DNA of 64,000 bases from IMG/VR virus record IMGVR_UViG_3300025057_000003, positions 32,001-96,000 of that record; one strand, 5' to 3'. The notes below the pieces were generated by a model, which was given only the letters and a program-made list of their open reading frames with translations, was not told the DNA's origin and did not search any database. Shown here one piece after another: positions 38,401 to 46,279 of the stretch. The number at the start of each line of letters is the position of its first letter. The stretch's first letter is position 1. The DNA is from a virus. Both the position numbers and the translations under genes were made by a program.

Positions 38401-41160
38401 GGACGTTATGTTCAAAAGATAGGCCGCGTTTATTACGATAAGCTTAATGAACTGCGAGATAAACTTTATGATGCAGCGGGTAATCCTTTACAGTTTAAAG
38501 ATATTACTGATGCATCAACTGCAAGTGTAGAGGATCTTGAATGGAATATTAAACTAGCTAAAATGAAGAAAGATTTTTCTGACTTCTTTAGAGCTGAAAC
38601 AATAGGATTGAATGAACAACCAATTGATGGTAAGTATCATTACTATACTAAGGAGTTTAAAGATGCTAGAGCTAAGTACGAATATTTTGTAGCTGCGGGA
38701 GATCACGGTTACTGGAGAAGAAAAGATAATATATCAGACAGAGAATGGGATAGATATCAAGCTAAATATTTTACTTCAGGTATAGAAGTAGAAACAAGAA
38801 CGATTGCTAAGAGAGTTGATGGAGAGTTTACCGGTGAGGTAATTCATGACTTTGGTAAACCATTTGTACGAAATGAATATAGAAAGATTAGAGATGATGT
38901 AAAGATTGATGGTAAAGATATTAAAAGTGATAAGTATAATGCGATAATGAATGATACTTCAGCTCTTGGTATGGCTAGGAAAGAGTTCTATTTAATGTTT
39001 AAAGAATTGTTTGAAGAAGATCTATTAAAGAAACTACCTAAATCTACAAGAGATAAAATGATAGGGCGAGTTCCTGTTATTAGAGGTAGAATAACTCAAG
39101 ACCTAAAGGCAAAACCTAGTATAGTAACAAAGATGTTTGCTAAAACAACCCGTGGCATCAAAAATCTTTTTAGAGAGACTGGTCAAAATAGAACAATGTT
39201 TGCTAATGAGGATGGTGAATTAGTTGACTCATTACCTATATTTTATACAGGTAGCACTAGAACAGATGCTCAGCTTGAAGCTCTTGATCTAGAAATAGAA
39301 GCTTTAAAACAAGATAGAGCAGATGGTAAAATAAAAATAGAACCATATAAAAAGAAACTTAAAGAACTTGAAGGCACAAGAGCTCAGTTAGAAAATAAAC
39401 CTACCAAAGAAGAATTAAACAGAGATATGGGTAATGCTTTGTTAAAATTTGCAGGTATGGCTGAGCACTATGAAACAATGGGTACAATTGAAGATACAAT
39501 GAAAGCTTTCTTATACCAACTTGAAAAGCGTCAGTATACTACACCCGAAGGTTCTGTAAAAAAAGGTGTGAGGACTGTATTAGGATTTCAAGAAAAGGCT
39601 TCAATTAAAGGTTCAGATTCTAGAGTTTTAACTAGAGCTAAGAAGTGGATGAACATGGTGTATTATGATAATGATCAGATAACAAAAGGTTTCTGGGAAA
39701 AGGTCTCTGATGGACTTATTCAGTTATCATCATTATCTTATGTTGCATTTAACCCATTTGGTAACTTTAATAACTACGTCCTGGGTCGGGTCAATGATAA
39801 CATTGAAGCAATAGGTGGTAGATTCTTTTCAGCTAGTTCATATGCCCGTGCTAGTTTAGAATACAATAAAAGAGCTATGCCAGATCTAATCCATAGATTG
39901 TCAGCATCTGTTAACAAGTTAGGTAAATTAAAACAAGGTGATTATGATCCAGAAAAAGCTACTAGTAAATATGAAGCTTTTGTAGAACTGTATAGAATGA
40001 TGGATGATGCATCAGATATACGTGAATCAGGATCAGCTATAGATAGAGCTGGAAAATCTTTATGGAGAAGATTTTTAGATTTTGGTTATGTAATGCAAGA
40101 TGCTGCAGAATGGAATGTTCAAACTAAGGTTGGTATGGCTATGATCATAGATACTAGAATCAGAAACAATGAGACTGGTGAAATACTAAGTTTATATGAT
40201 GCATTTGATTTTGATGGAAATACAAAAGAACTAAAGTTAAAAGAAGGTTTTAAAACTATAGTTAAGATAGATCCAAAAAATGTAGATGAAAATGGAAATT
40301 CTAAAGTACTAAAAGAAATAGGAGAATATAATGATGATTTTAGATATCAACTAAGAAATGAGATCCGTGAAGTAAATAAACAAATTCATGGTAACTACGC
40401 CTATGAAGATAGAATGGTTATTCAATCTCATACTTTAGGAAAGCTAGCAGCACAGTTCCATAAGTGGATTGCACCTGCATATAGAGCAAGATTTGAAAGA
40501 GAATATTTTGATGAAAATCTTGGCTGGATGGAAGGAAGATATAAGTCTTGGGGTAAGTTTGTATGGTATGCTTCAAAACAATTAGCTAAAGGAAATATGG
40601 CCTTTAATAAATATGCTTCAGGTTTCTTAGATGACTATGGTTATTTAAAAGATGGGGACGAGCAAGATAATCAAAGAGCTTTAAATAAACTTCAAGGTTT
40701 TTATAGAACTACTGGTGAAATTGGTATAACAATGTTAACCCTTGTTATATTAGAATTAATGAAGACACTGTGGAGAGATGGTGATGATGAGGATAATGAA
40801 ATACTTAAAAGATTTCAAAATATAGCAATGTATCAAGCAGATAGAACATTTAAAGAACTTATATTATTCTGGCCTGTATTCGGATCTACACAACAAATGC
40901 AAATGGTTAAGTCTCCAATTGCATCAACAAGAACCATGGGTGAACTTGGTGAGGCTTTATGGGGATCAATTGAAACTCCGTTTTATTTCTTAACCCAAGA
41001 TGAAAATGAAATTAAAGGTAATTCAAATGTATACTATCAAAGAGGTTCACGTAAGGGCTCATTAAAATTAAAGAAACAATGGCAAGATGTTGTTCCTATT
41101 TGGTATAGCATTAAGAAATGGCAAAATTATCTTGAGATGAATAACTTCTTTATTAAATAA
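35464..41160 (+). CDS. Large virion cargo protein with degenerate zincin-like and PD-(D/E)xK nuclease domains
   Basis: 1898 aa. AIEEMLHPF..ELVTQAL is zincin-like with the first His replaced; AGTIDLLLIEPNGTLRIVDLKTS..QVNVYRRML is PD-(D/E)xK-like. Confidence 0.75.
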   Translation: MAVRCINKNLSEFTDIADALGSAIQANSLIVRWQDSNKTDALPTVKEALDFNKSTMANHNLKTKEFAGSLYGNLTRLGIISKYHGSYYIVSSRNRVFDPSIRDFNLRRLYSYLRVNNIPKESIVTMQKGKGLAIEIKDNVFTPRDILPATRGFNTPHSREVVRHLMRMFPQVSITMLSVSKAKILYDSLPDSQKANVPFDQVNSFYVDGQAVLIKGRVTDDVAIEEMLHPFIDSVYVENQELFNNLLEESRKNFPQLRQEINDAYSDKRGFTQKHRDLELVTQALSRHFNKEYKQNETKSFKDAVKQFLNWFMEIIQNLSEYLTGKPLGARSISAKANLTDIAKLLNTSDIQFKLEKVADRKVRYNLTGTAKIAYDNAIGSSNAVQKQIIETLFHAAVHSPENIGNLAATTLEDGAPILVLDEATHTYQDLNNLTRPWMSTTTAIKGKMSKEQEEKYKLNRELGNDFDNLLNALSAGLSVEDVVNEMKILDDQQARDAYNDLSDQLEILKTTPQGKAIALPQVVVYDDATGMAGTIDLLLIEPNGTLRIVDLKTSKNGLKDYSGYTQRTLKYDTQWDLSEESQIRQKLGVTRLSTRQQHNTQVNVYRRMLENMGYTISTNDNATSTIHVKVDVKGEGKKQEFKGTFKVEESREHPIDQNKEYVDAIVPSNVNENRKSKIDEAMDGSPESYDHSFKLNNLTKEEQVPDDSVIQDPEFAIVTQALKTYQLGLIKKNDAIDQLNKQVYLGRHKTTADLQEQILNSISAINVALSSAPQARSRIYSSLLRDALAQMREFKSYVQDPKNFGKPEYITYVLNFNNFLGTFQGLYTLQDSSELNGTQKSLVLNLQTEANGLVGVGNFDNYKEGIIDRAIQDYVRTVVKDKSKKDMTDDELDRIMKIGEEIGIMDLGTRDMATQRDTLLAIMDKIYKAKKQELLDKIQTREDSIRRTALKLQKLAPEKDAQKMFDFMLVFDENGEFTGRYVQKIGRVYYDKLNELRDKLYDAAGNPLQFKDITDASTASVEDLEWNIKLAKMKKDFSDFFRAETIGLNEQPIDGKYHYYTKEFKDARAKYEYFVAAGDHGYWRRKDNISDREWDRYQAKYFTSGIEVETRTIAKRVDGEFTGEVIHDFGKPFVRNEYRKIRDDVKIDGKDIKSDKYNAIMNDTSALGMARKEFYLMFKELFEEDLLKKLPKSTRDKMIGRVPVIRGRITQDLKAKPSIVTKMFAKTTRGIKNLFRETGQNRTMFANEDGELVDSLPIFYTGSTRTDAQLEALDLEIEALKQDRADGKIKIEPYKKKLKELEGTRAQLENKPTKEELNRDMGNALLKFAGMAEHYETMGTIEDTMKAFLYQLEKRQYTTPEGSVKKGVRTVLGFQEKASIKGSDSRVLTRAKKWMNMVYYDNDQITKGFWEKVSDGLIQLSSLSYVAFNPFGNFNNYVLGRVNDNIEAIGGRFFSASSYARASLEYNKRAMPDLIHRLSASVNKLGKLKQGDYDPEKATSKYEAFVELYRMMDDASDIRESGSAIDRAGKSLWRRFLDFGYVMQDAAEWNVQTKVGMAMIIDTRIRNNETGEILSLYDAFDFDGNTKELKLKEGFKTIVKIDPKNVDENGNSKVLKEIGEYNDDFRYQLRNEIREVNKQIHGNYAYEDRMVIQSHTLGKLAAQFHKWIAPAYRARFEREYFDENLGWMEGRYKSWGKFVWYASKQLAKGNMAFNKYASGFLDDYGYLKDGDEQDNQRALNKLQGFYRTTGEIGITMLTLVILELMKTLWRDGDDEDNEILKRFQNIAMYQADRTFKELILFWPVFGSTQQMQMVKSPIASTRTMGELGEALWGSIETPFYFLTQDENEIKGNSNVYYQRGSRKGSLKLKKQWQDVVPIWYSIKKWQNYLEMNNFFIK

Positions 41161-41166
41161 AAGAAT

Positions 41167-41195
41167 AGGGGGACATTACATCCCCCTTTCTTTCT
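41167..41195 (+). terminator. Intrinsic terminator of the virion block
   Basis: AGGGGGA-cattaca-TCCCCCT hairpin followed by a pyrimidine tract, 6 nt after the stop codon. Confidence 0.75.
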
Positions 41196-41357
41196 CTCTC
41201 CAGATGGTACAGACACCACTCTGCACCTTATATTGTAGCTAGTAAAAAGGTAGAGTCCAGGGCTTCAACCTGCGCGGCTTTACGTCCTCTACCTTGGCCA
41301 GTGTAACACCTGACTATATTGGAAACCCATAATAAAGTTTCTCAATCCAACACATGT

Positions 41358-43217
41358 TTACTGGATTTCACAGGCTCCTCCAGCACACGCTAGTTCACCT
41401 GTAAGATTTGTTTCATCCGTCTCTTCAGTCACTTTAGATAAATCAACTTCTTTGAGATATTTTAACATCTCATTGTATTTATCTTCTGTAATATCTTGAA
41501 ACGGTGCTTGTTTATATGTACCACCATTATATGGCAATACAGATAGTCCGTTATAGAACTCTCTATTATTCCACATCCACTCACCTGCTAGATCCCATTC
41601 ATCTTCTTTCAAAGAGATAGTTGCAGATACATTATGTGAATTAGAACCATTTCTGTGACCTGGTTTAATCCACTCTGTAGCTACACGCTTAACTCTTTCT
41701 AAAAGAGCAAATGGTGATTCTGTTCTCATGATGGCTCCTTTTGGTGCCTTTTGAGGAACGCTAATTACAGCAGTAGTATGAGGGCTAAAGTATTCATCTT
41801 CAACCAACTCCGGGATGTTCTTAGAAAGATAATTATATATAGCTTCATTCTTACCTACACGGAGAGTACGTATATAGTAATCATTATGCCATGCATGTAT
41901 TCCTGAACTTGTACCTAATGTAAGAGAAGTTGTACCCGCAGGTTTTACAGTAGTTGTTCTAGCTGATTTGTTAATACCAATCAACTTTGCAACTCTTGCG
42001 TTTTCATTCTTTACAACTTCAGCGGCTTCAGTCATATTATAACCTAAAACAGATCCGGATCCAATTCCTGTCATTGATACACCAATCAGTGCATCTTTCT
42101 CAGTTGTTTCTCTCCAGATATCTCTTAGATAATGAAAGTCTGTATATCCTGCTTGTAAAGTTCCAATGAAAGCCGCGGCTTTCACTCTAGCATTTAAATC
42201 TTCTTGAGATTCAATGTTAGATACATTGACTTCACATAAGTTACAGAATTGATATGGACGTAGTGCAATCTCACAACAAGGATTAGTTCCCCAATCTTTG
42301 TCATTATTAAAGTAGATACCTGGTTCACCAGCTCCACTCTTTTCTACACGGTCCCACAACTTCATGAAGAACTTCTTTGTAATCTTATGTCTCATTAAGA
42401 CAGCAGAGTTATTAGCCCTACCTCTTTGTGGATTAAGTTCCCACCAAGATCCAGACTTACATGCAATCATATCATCATCATCTGCTGAAAACAAAGATAT
42501 AAGTGCAGCTCTACGGATACCTCCTGCCAATACTGCATCTGCAATATGACAAACAATATCATGAACTTCTAATGTAGTAAGCTGATCACCATCATCCTTT
42601 GAATCTAAGATACCTGTTACCTTAACAATGCACTCTTTCAATGGCTGAGGTCCTGGAGCTTTACCACCAGATGTTATAAGTCTAGCACCCTTTGGTCTAA
42701 TATCAGAGTAATCAAACTCTATACGAGAACTTTTACCATTAAGATAAGACTTCATAAGAACTTTAATTGCATCTGCCCAACCCTCAATTGAATCACCAAT
42801 TAAGAATCTTCTTTTGCGTTTTACATAAGGTTTATTAATAGGGGGTAGTTTTTCTACATGATGCTTCTGTACTGAATATCCTACACCAGTCCCACCTAGT
42901 AGTAAGAACATAATTTCACTAAAGGACTCACGATCATCAATGGGCAAATAAGCACAGTTATATATTCTATTAGGAGATATTTCAATTGGCTTGCCGCCAA
43001 ATTGCATTGATCTCATAGATGGTAATACTTTTTTATCATATACGAACTTGTAGGTTTCTTCAATCTGATCTTTTAACTCAGGATATTTTTTGATATGCAT
43101 ATCCTTGTTTCTAGTTACAAGTTCTTGCCAGGTTTCTCTTCTATTGAGTTCAGGGATGTACCGGGCATATTTCATGTGGACAGTAATGTCACTAAGAATT
43201 TTGTTACTTAATTCCAT
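41358..43217 (-). CDS. nrdJ: Class II (adenosylcobalamin-dependent) ribonucleotide reductase
   Basis: 619 aa. Motifs VLPSMR, YNCAY, GTGVGYSV, GGIRRAALI, GTNPCCEI, FCNLCEV, VKPAGTTS and C-terminal CAGGAC; no beta subunit gene in the window. Confidence 0.92.
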   Translation of the reverse strand: MELSNKILSDITVHMKYARYIPELNRRETWQELVTRNKDMHIKKYPELKDQIEETYKFVYDKKVLPSMRSMQFGGKPIEISPNRIYNCAYLPIDDRESFSEIMFLLLGGTGVGYSVQKHHVEKLPPINKPYVKRKRRFLIGDSIEGWADAIKVLMKSYLNGKSSRIEFDYSDIRPKGARLITSGGKAPGPQPLKECIVKVTGILDSKDDGDQLTTLEVHDIVCHIADAVLAGGIRRAALISLFSADDDDMIACKSGSWWELNPQRGRANNSAVLMRHKITKKFFMKLWDRVEKSGAGEPGIYFNNDKDWGTNPCCEIALRPYQFCNLCEVNVSNIESQEDLNARVKAAAFIGTLQAGYTDFHYLRDIWRETTEKDALIGVSMTGIGSGSVLGYNMTEAAEVVKNENARVAKLIGINKSARTTTVKPAGTTSLTLGTSSGIHAWHNDYYIRTLRVGKNEAIYNYLSKNIPELVEDEYFSPHTTAVISVPQKAPKGAIMRTESPFALLERVKRVATEWIKPGHRNGSNSHNVSATISLKEDEWDLAGEWMWNNREFYNGLSVLPYNGGTYKQAPFQDITEDKYNEMLKYLKEVDLSKVTEETDETNLTGELACAGGACEIQ

Positions 43218-43340
43218 TTAAATAATTTTTGTTGTTAATAATTGATTTTTATTTGAGTTACTTTTTGAAAAAATGCCTTGTTAGTTTTTGTAACTCTCAT
43301 ATACTTAATTTAAGAAAAATATGTCTTAAAATCAAGATGA

Positions 43341-43508
43341 TTAATTTAATATTCTCATAAATGAGAACCTGAAGAATAATAACCCTATTTCAATACCAAA
43401 AGTATCAAGAACATTTTGATCTTCATCTAAGAATTTATTATTTAAAATTTGAATACCCAGCAAAGGGGCTTTAGGTAATAATACCATGTGGAAAGAGTTT
43501 TTTGACAT
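43341..43508 (-). CDS. Small hypothetical protein (55 aa)
   Basis: Read manually: MSKNSFHMVLLPKAPLLGIQILNNKFLDEDQNVLDTFGIEIGLLFFRFSFMRILN*; fills the gap upstream of nrdJ. Confidence 0.55.
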   Translation of the reverse strand: MSKNSFHMVLLPKAPLLGIQILNNKFLDEDQNVLDTFGIEIGLLFFRFSFMRILN

Positions 43509-43558
43509 ATATTAAAATTTAAAGTTATATAATTTAAACTACAAAAATTCCAATGATT

Positions 43559-43571
43559 TTTGTATATTATA
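43559..43571 (+). promoter_or_regulatory. Putative late promoter element TTTGTATATTATA
   Basis: In the divergent intergenic region about 50 nt upstream of ORF 43623; identical to 9329-9341. Confidence 0.5.
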
Positions 43572-43622
43572 GTATAGAGTACTAAGTGATAGTACTGAAT
43601 TTTGTTTCTACTTTATTGAAAA

Positions 43623-43994
43623 ATGTTTTCAAAAATAAAAAATATTTTGACGTACTATGATTCTGAACCTACAGAAATTATGCAGGGCATCATATGGTTT
43701 ATATTATTCCCTATAATATATACAGTAGAACACGGTCTAAATTTATTTTTGGTTGTAACCTCAATGGTTATAGGATTCTGTGGGCTATATTCAGTTTGTT
43801 ATCATTCTCTAAAGACAAGAAAAACTTTAGCCTTTAGCACTTTTTTATTTTCAACAATTGTTGTTTTAATGTATCTAATCAAAGGAGACTTTGTTTGCCC
43901 TACTCATTGGGGTTGGGCTGTAATTTGCTTTAGTGCTTTCTTCAATCTAAAAAGAATTACTAATCATTACTATAGATCTTTGCAAAATGGATAA
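43623..43994 (+). CDS. Small multi-pass membrane protein (holin-like candidate)
   Basis: 123 aa with about four hydrophobic segments; overlaps the next gene. Confidence 0.6.
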   Translation: MFSKIKNILTYYDSEPTEIMQGIIWFILFPIIYTVEHGLNLFLVVTSMVIGFCGLYSVCYHSLKTRKTLAFSTFLFSTIVVLMYLIKGDFVCPTHWGWAVICFSAFFNLKRITNHYYRSLQNG

Positions 43995-44292
43995 TCTAAC
44001 AACAGCAGTAGTTACATTAATTACCGTACTCTTTTCAGCAGGAGCTTGGAAATTTTATGAAACAAGAATGAAATTAAAATCAGAACTAATGAAAGGAGAA
44101 AAAAATGATCAAAACATGTATAGAGATGATCTTAGAGAACGTGTTAGAAATCTTGAAAGGTTATTAAACATTAGTGCTGATGAAAAAGATGAGATGCGTC
44201 AACAGATCTTGTCATTAACAGAAGAAGTGGGTGTACTTAGAACTAAAGTTGCATTTCTTGAAAAAGAAAATGAAAGACTCCGGAATGTATAA
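43987..44292 (+). CDS. N-terminal membrane anchor plus coiled-coil protein (lysis-associated candidate)
   Basis: TAVVTLITVLFSAGAW hydrophobic segment followed by a heptad-rich helix. Confidence 0.6.
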   Translation: MDNLTTAVVTLITVLFSAGAWKFYETRMKLKSELMKGEKNDQNMYRDDLRERVRNLERLLNISADEKDEMRQQILSLTEEVGVLRTKVAFLEKENERLRNV

Positions 44293-44381
44293 ATGATATG
44301 ATAGTCTTTGTTATATTAGTATTTTTTCTTATCTTATATAGTAGTATGGGAATAATTATGTCCCAGAATAAAATTACAATT

Positions 44382-44639
44382 ATGAAAGTTATTAAATTAA
44401 TTTTTAAGGTGATATGGACTATATCACTTCAAAATATTTTTCTATGGTTAGGTATGGCTTGGAAATGGGCTTGGTCTAAAACTGAAGTTGATGAAAAAGC
44501 TATTGCTGTAGCTAAAGAAGTAAAACGTAGAGCTGAAAATGCAGCAGACGAAATGGGTGATGTTGTTGATGCTTTAAAAGGTAAAGAAATAAATCCAAAT
44601 GGCAGCGCAAAAAAAACTAAACATAAAAAAAGCAATTAA
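44382..44639 (+). CDS. Small membrane-associated hypothetical protein
   Basis: Track ORF 44298..44639; the ATG at 44382 (preceded by AT-rich aaattacaatt) is the more likely start. Trp-rich amphipathic N-terminus and helical C-terminus. Confidence 0.55.
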   Translation: MKVIKLIFKVIWTISLQNIFLWLGMAWKWAWSKTEVDEKAIAVAKEVKRRAENAADEMGDVVDALKGKEINPNGSAKKTKHKKSN

Positions 44640-44802
44640 GAAACCAGGTTCTTTAACTGCCACTGCAAAAAGAGCAGGAGCTGTAAAGAAGGATGGTACT
44701 ATTAAAGTGTCTTGGCTACGTGAAAAAGCTAAAGGAGGAAATAGCAAAACCGCACAACGTGCTAGATTTGCTTTAACCTTAAGAAAGTTAAACAAAAAAT
44801 AA
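44599..44802 (+). CDS. Small highly basic protein
   Basis: 67 aa, K/R-rich (IKKAIKKPGSL...AQRARFALTLRKL). Confidence 0.7.
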   Translation: MAAQKKLNIKKAIKKPGSLTATAKRAGAVKKDGTIKVSWLREKAKGGNSKTAQRARFALTLRKLNKK

Positions 44803-44819
44803 ATTAAAACTTAGAAATT

Positions 44820-45347
44820 ATGCCTTATAATATGAAAAAAGCTGGTATGAAATACCAAGATGGAGGGTCTATAAAAAAAACAGCAAAAAAAGCTGTAAAT
44901 AAAGCAAAGTCAGTAGATGATGCAATTGAAAAAAAATATCCTTCAGTTGCAAAAAACCCTGCATACAAAGGGGCGAAGTCTGCAGCTAAAAGTACCTTAA
45001 AATATCTTGGCTTAATGCAGAAAGGTGGAGCAATGAAATCACCAGATGCTTCTAAATATGTGGGTAATCCAATGGGTTACTATGCTGATAAAGCAGCTTA
45101 CGGAAGAGAGATGGCCCGTCAAAAGATGATGCAAGGTGGTGGTGCTTATGACAGTAACATTGAAGCTCTTAATGTAATAGAACAAGAGCGTGATGCTATG
45201 CGAGCTAGAAAACAAAACAGATTGGATTCTAAATTAAAAAGAAAGCAAACAAAAGAAAAAATCTCTAGTGTTAATGCAGATATAGCTAGAAATAGATCTG
45301 ATAAAAGAGCAGCTAATCAATCTAATAGAATGTTTAAAAGAAGATAA
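44820..45347 (+). CDS. Basic protein with multiple QxGG motifs (candidate internal head protein)
   Basis: 175 aa containing YQDGG, MQKGG, AAYGRE and MMQGGG. Confidence 0.7.
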   Translation: MPYNMKKAGMKYQDGGSIKKTAKKAVNKAKSVDDAIEKKYPSVAKNPAYKGAKSAAKSTLKYLGLMQKGGAMKSPDASKYVGNPMGYYADKAAYGREMARQKMMQGGGAYDSNIEALNVIEQERDAMRARKQNRLDSKLKRKQTKEKISSVNADIARNRSDKRAANQSNRMFKRR

Positions 45348-45349
45348 TT

Positions 45350-45796
45350 ATGGCAGCACCTTGGGTTACAAAATTATTTGGAGGTCTTCTTAGTAAAGCA
45401 GATACAATCATAGATGAGGTAGTCACTTCTAAAGAGGAAAAGATTACCCTTAAAAATGCTATGCAAAAAATGCTGCTTGACAGTGAGGCTGTTGTTCAAG
45501 AGAATGTAACAGAACGTTGGAAAGCAGATATGAGCTCTGATTCATGGTTATCCAAAAATGTCAGACCTATGGTTCTGATTTTTTTGGTTGTATGCACTAT
45601 GATTTTAGTATTTATTGATGCGGGTTTTATTGACTTTAAAGTAGAAGATAAATGGATTAACTTACTAGAGATCACATTGCTTACTGTTATTGGAGCATAC
45701 TTTGGTGGTAGATCTATTGAGAAAGTTAAGAATACAAATGTTGTAAAAAATGAGACTAAACGTAAAGGTCTATTCAGAAAGAAAGAAGAAGAGTAG
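45350..45796 (+). CDS. Holin (3TM/GTA-holin-like family)
   Basis: ERWKADMSSDSWLSKNVRP, two hydrophobic helices, then GAYFGGRSIEK and a basic tail. Confidence 0.8.
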   Translation: MAAPWVTKLFGGLLSKADTIIDEVVTSKEEKITLKNAMQKMLLDSEAVVQENVTERWKADMSSDSWLSKNVRPMVLIFLVVCTMILVFIDAGFIDFKVEDKWINLLEITLLTVIGAYFGGRSIEKVKNTNVVKNETKRKGLFRKKEEE

Positions 45797-45881
45797 ACCA
45801 GGTGTCCACGCTAAAAGTAAAACCTCTAGATCTAAAAGTAGTAAAAACTACAAGAAGAAATATAGGGGACAGGGAAAATGA
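45750..45881 (+). CDS. Small highly basic protein (43 aa), missed by the ORF track
   Basis: MRLNVKVYSERKKKSRPGVHAKSKTSRSKSSKNYKKKYRGQGK*; overlaps the 3' end of the holin gene and is ATGA-coupled to the next ORF. Confidence 0.7.
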   Translation: MRLNVKVYSERKKKSRPGVHAKSKTSRSKSSKNYKKKYRGQGK

Positions 45882-45967
45882 AGATATTAGGATTAGTAGC
45901 GTTTATTATTGTAATGCTACTTCTTCATATAATAAAGATGAGGAGCAGATGGAGGACGTACCTTTAA
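45878..45967 (+). CDS. Tiny single-pass membrane peptide (29 aa)
   Basis: MKILGLVAFIIVMLLLHIIKMRSRWRTYL*; ATGA overlap with the previous stop. Confidence 0.5.
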   Translation: MKILGLVAFIIVMLLLHIIKMRSRWRTYL

Positions 45968-46104
45968 TTGAAATTGTTTTTCATTGGCCGCATGATCGGC
46001 TTGCTTTAGGTTGGGACTGGATTAGACCGGATGAACAATATGATTATACAACAGTTAGATTATATTTATTAATAACTACAATAACAATAAATTATGGCAA
46101 ATAA
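45949..46104 (+). CDS. Small hypothetical protein (51 aa)
   Basis: C-terminal part of track ORF 45802..46104, starting MEDVPLIEIVFHWPHDRLALGWDW; the upstream part of that ORF is occupied by two other small genes. Confidence 0.55.
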   Translation: MEDVPLIEIVFHWPHDRLALGWDWIRPDEQYDYTTVRLYLLITTITINYGK

Positions 46105-46279
46105 AAAATATTACAGAGCAGGTGGTCAGCCATCATTGCTTACTTCATTACAAGGACGTTTAGATATGACTATGCCTGGTGCAATTAATAATAAATACAT
46201 GAAAGGTAAAGATTGTGGTTGTAGTAAAAAGATGCAATTAGGAGGCGGAACTCATAATACTTATTTTGGTAAGAAATGA
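46094..46279 (+). CDS. Small protein with xxGG motifs
   Basis: 61 aa containing YRAGG and MQLGGG; ATGA-coupled to the next gene. Confidence 0.65.
   Translation: MANKKYYRAGGQPSLLTSLQGRLDMTMPGAINNKYMKGKDCGCSKKMQLGGGTHNTYFGKK

Noticed and set aside
41247-41295. tRNA-like element (CAGG-gcttcaa-CCTG resembles an anticodon arm)
   Set aside because: No D arm or TTCGA T arm and too short for a cloverleaf; kept only as a generic structured element.
44298-44381. 5' extension of ORF 44298..44639
   Set aside because: AT-rich stretch resembling an intergenic/promoter region; a downstream ATG at 44382 has a typical leader.
45802-46104. 100-aa GTG-initiated ORF from the track
   Set aside because: Better explained by three smaller, translationally coupled genes; only its last 51 codons are retained.
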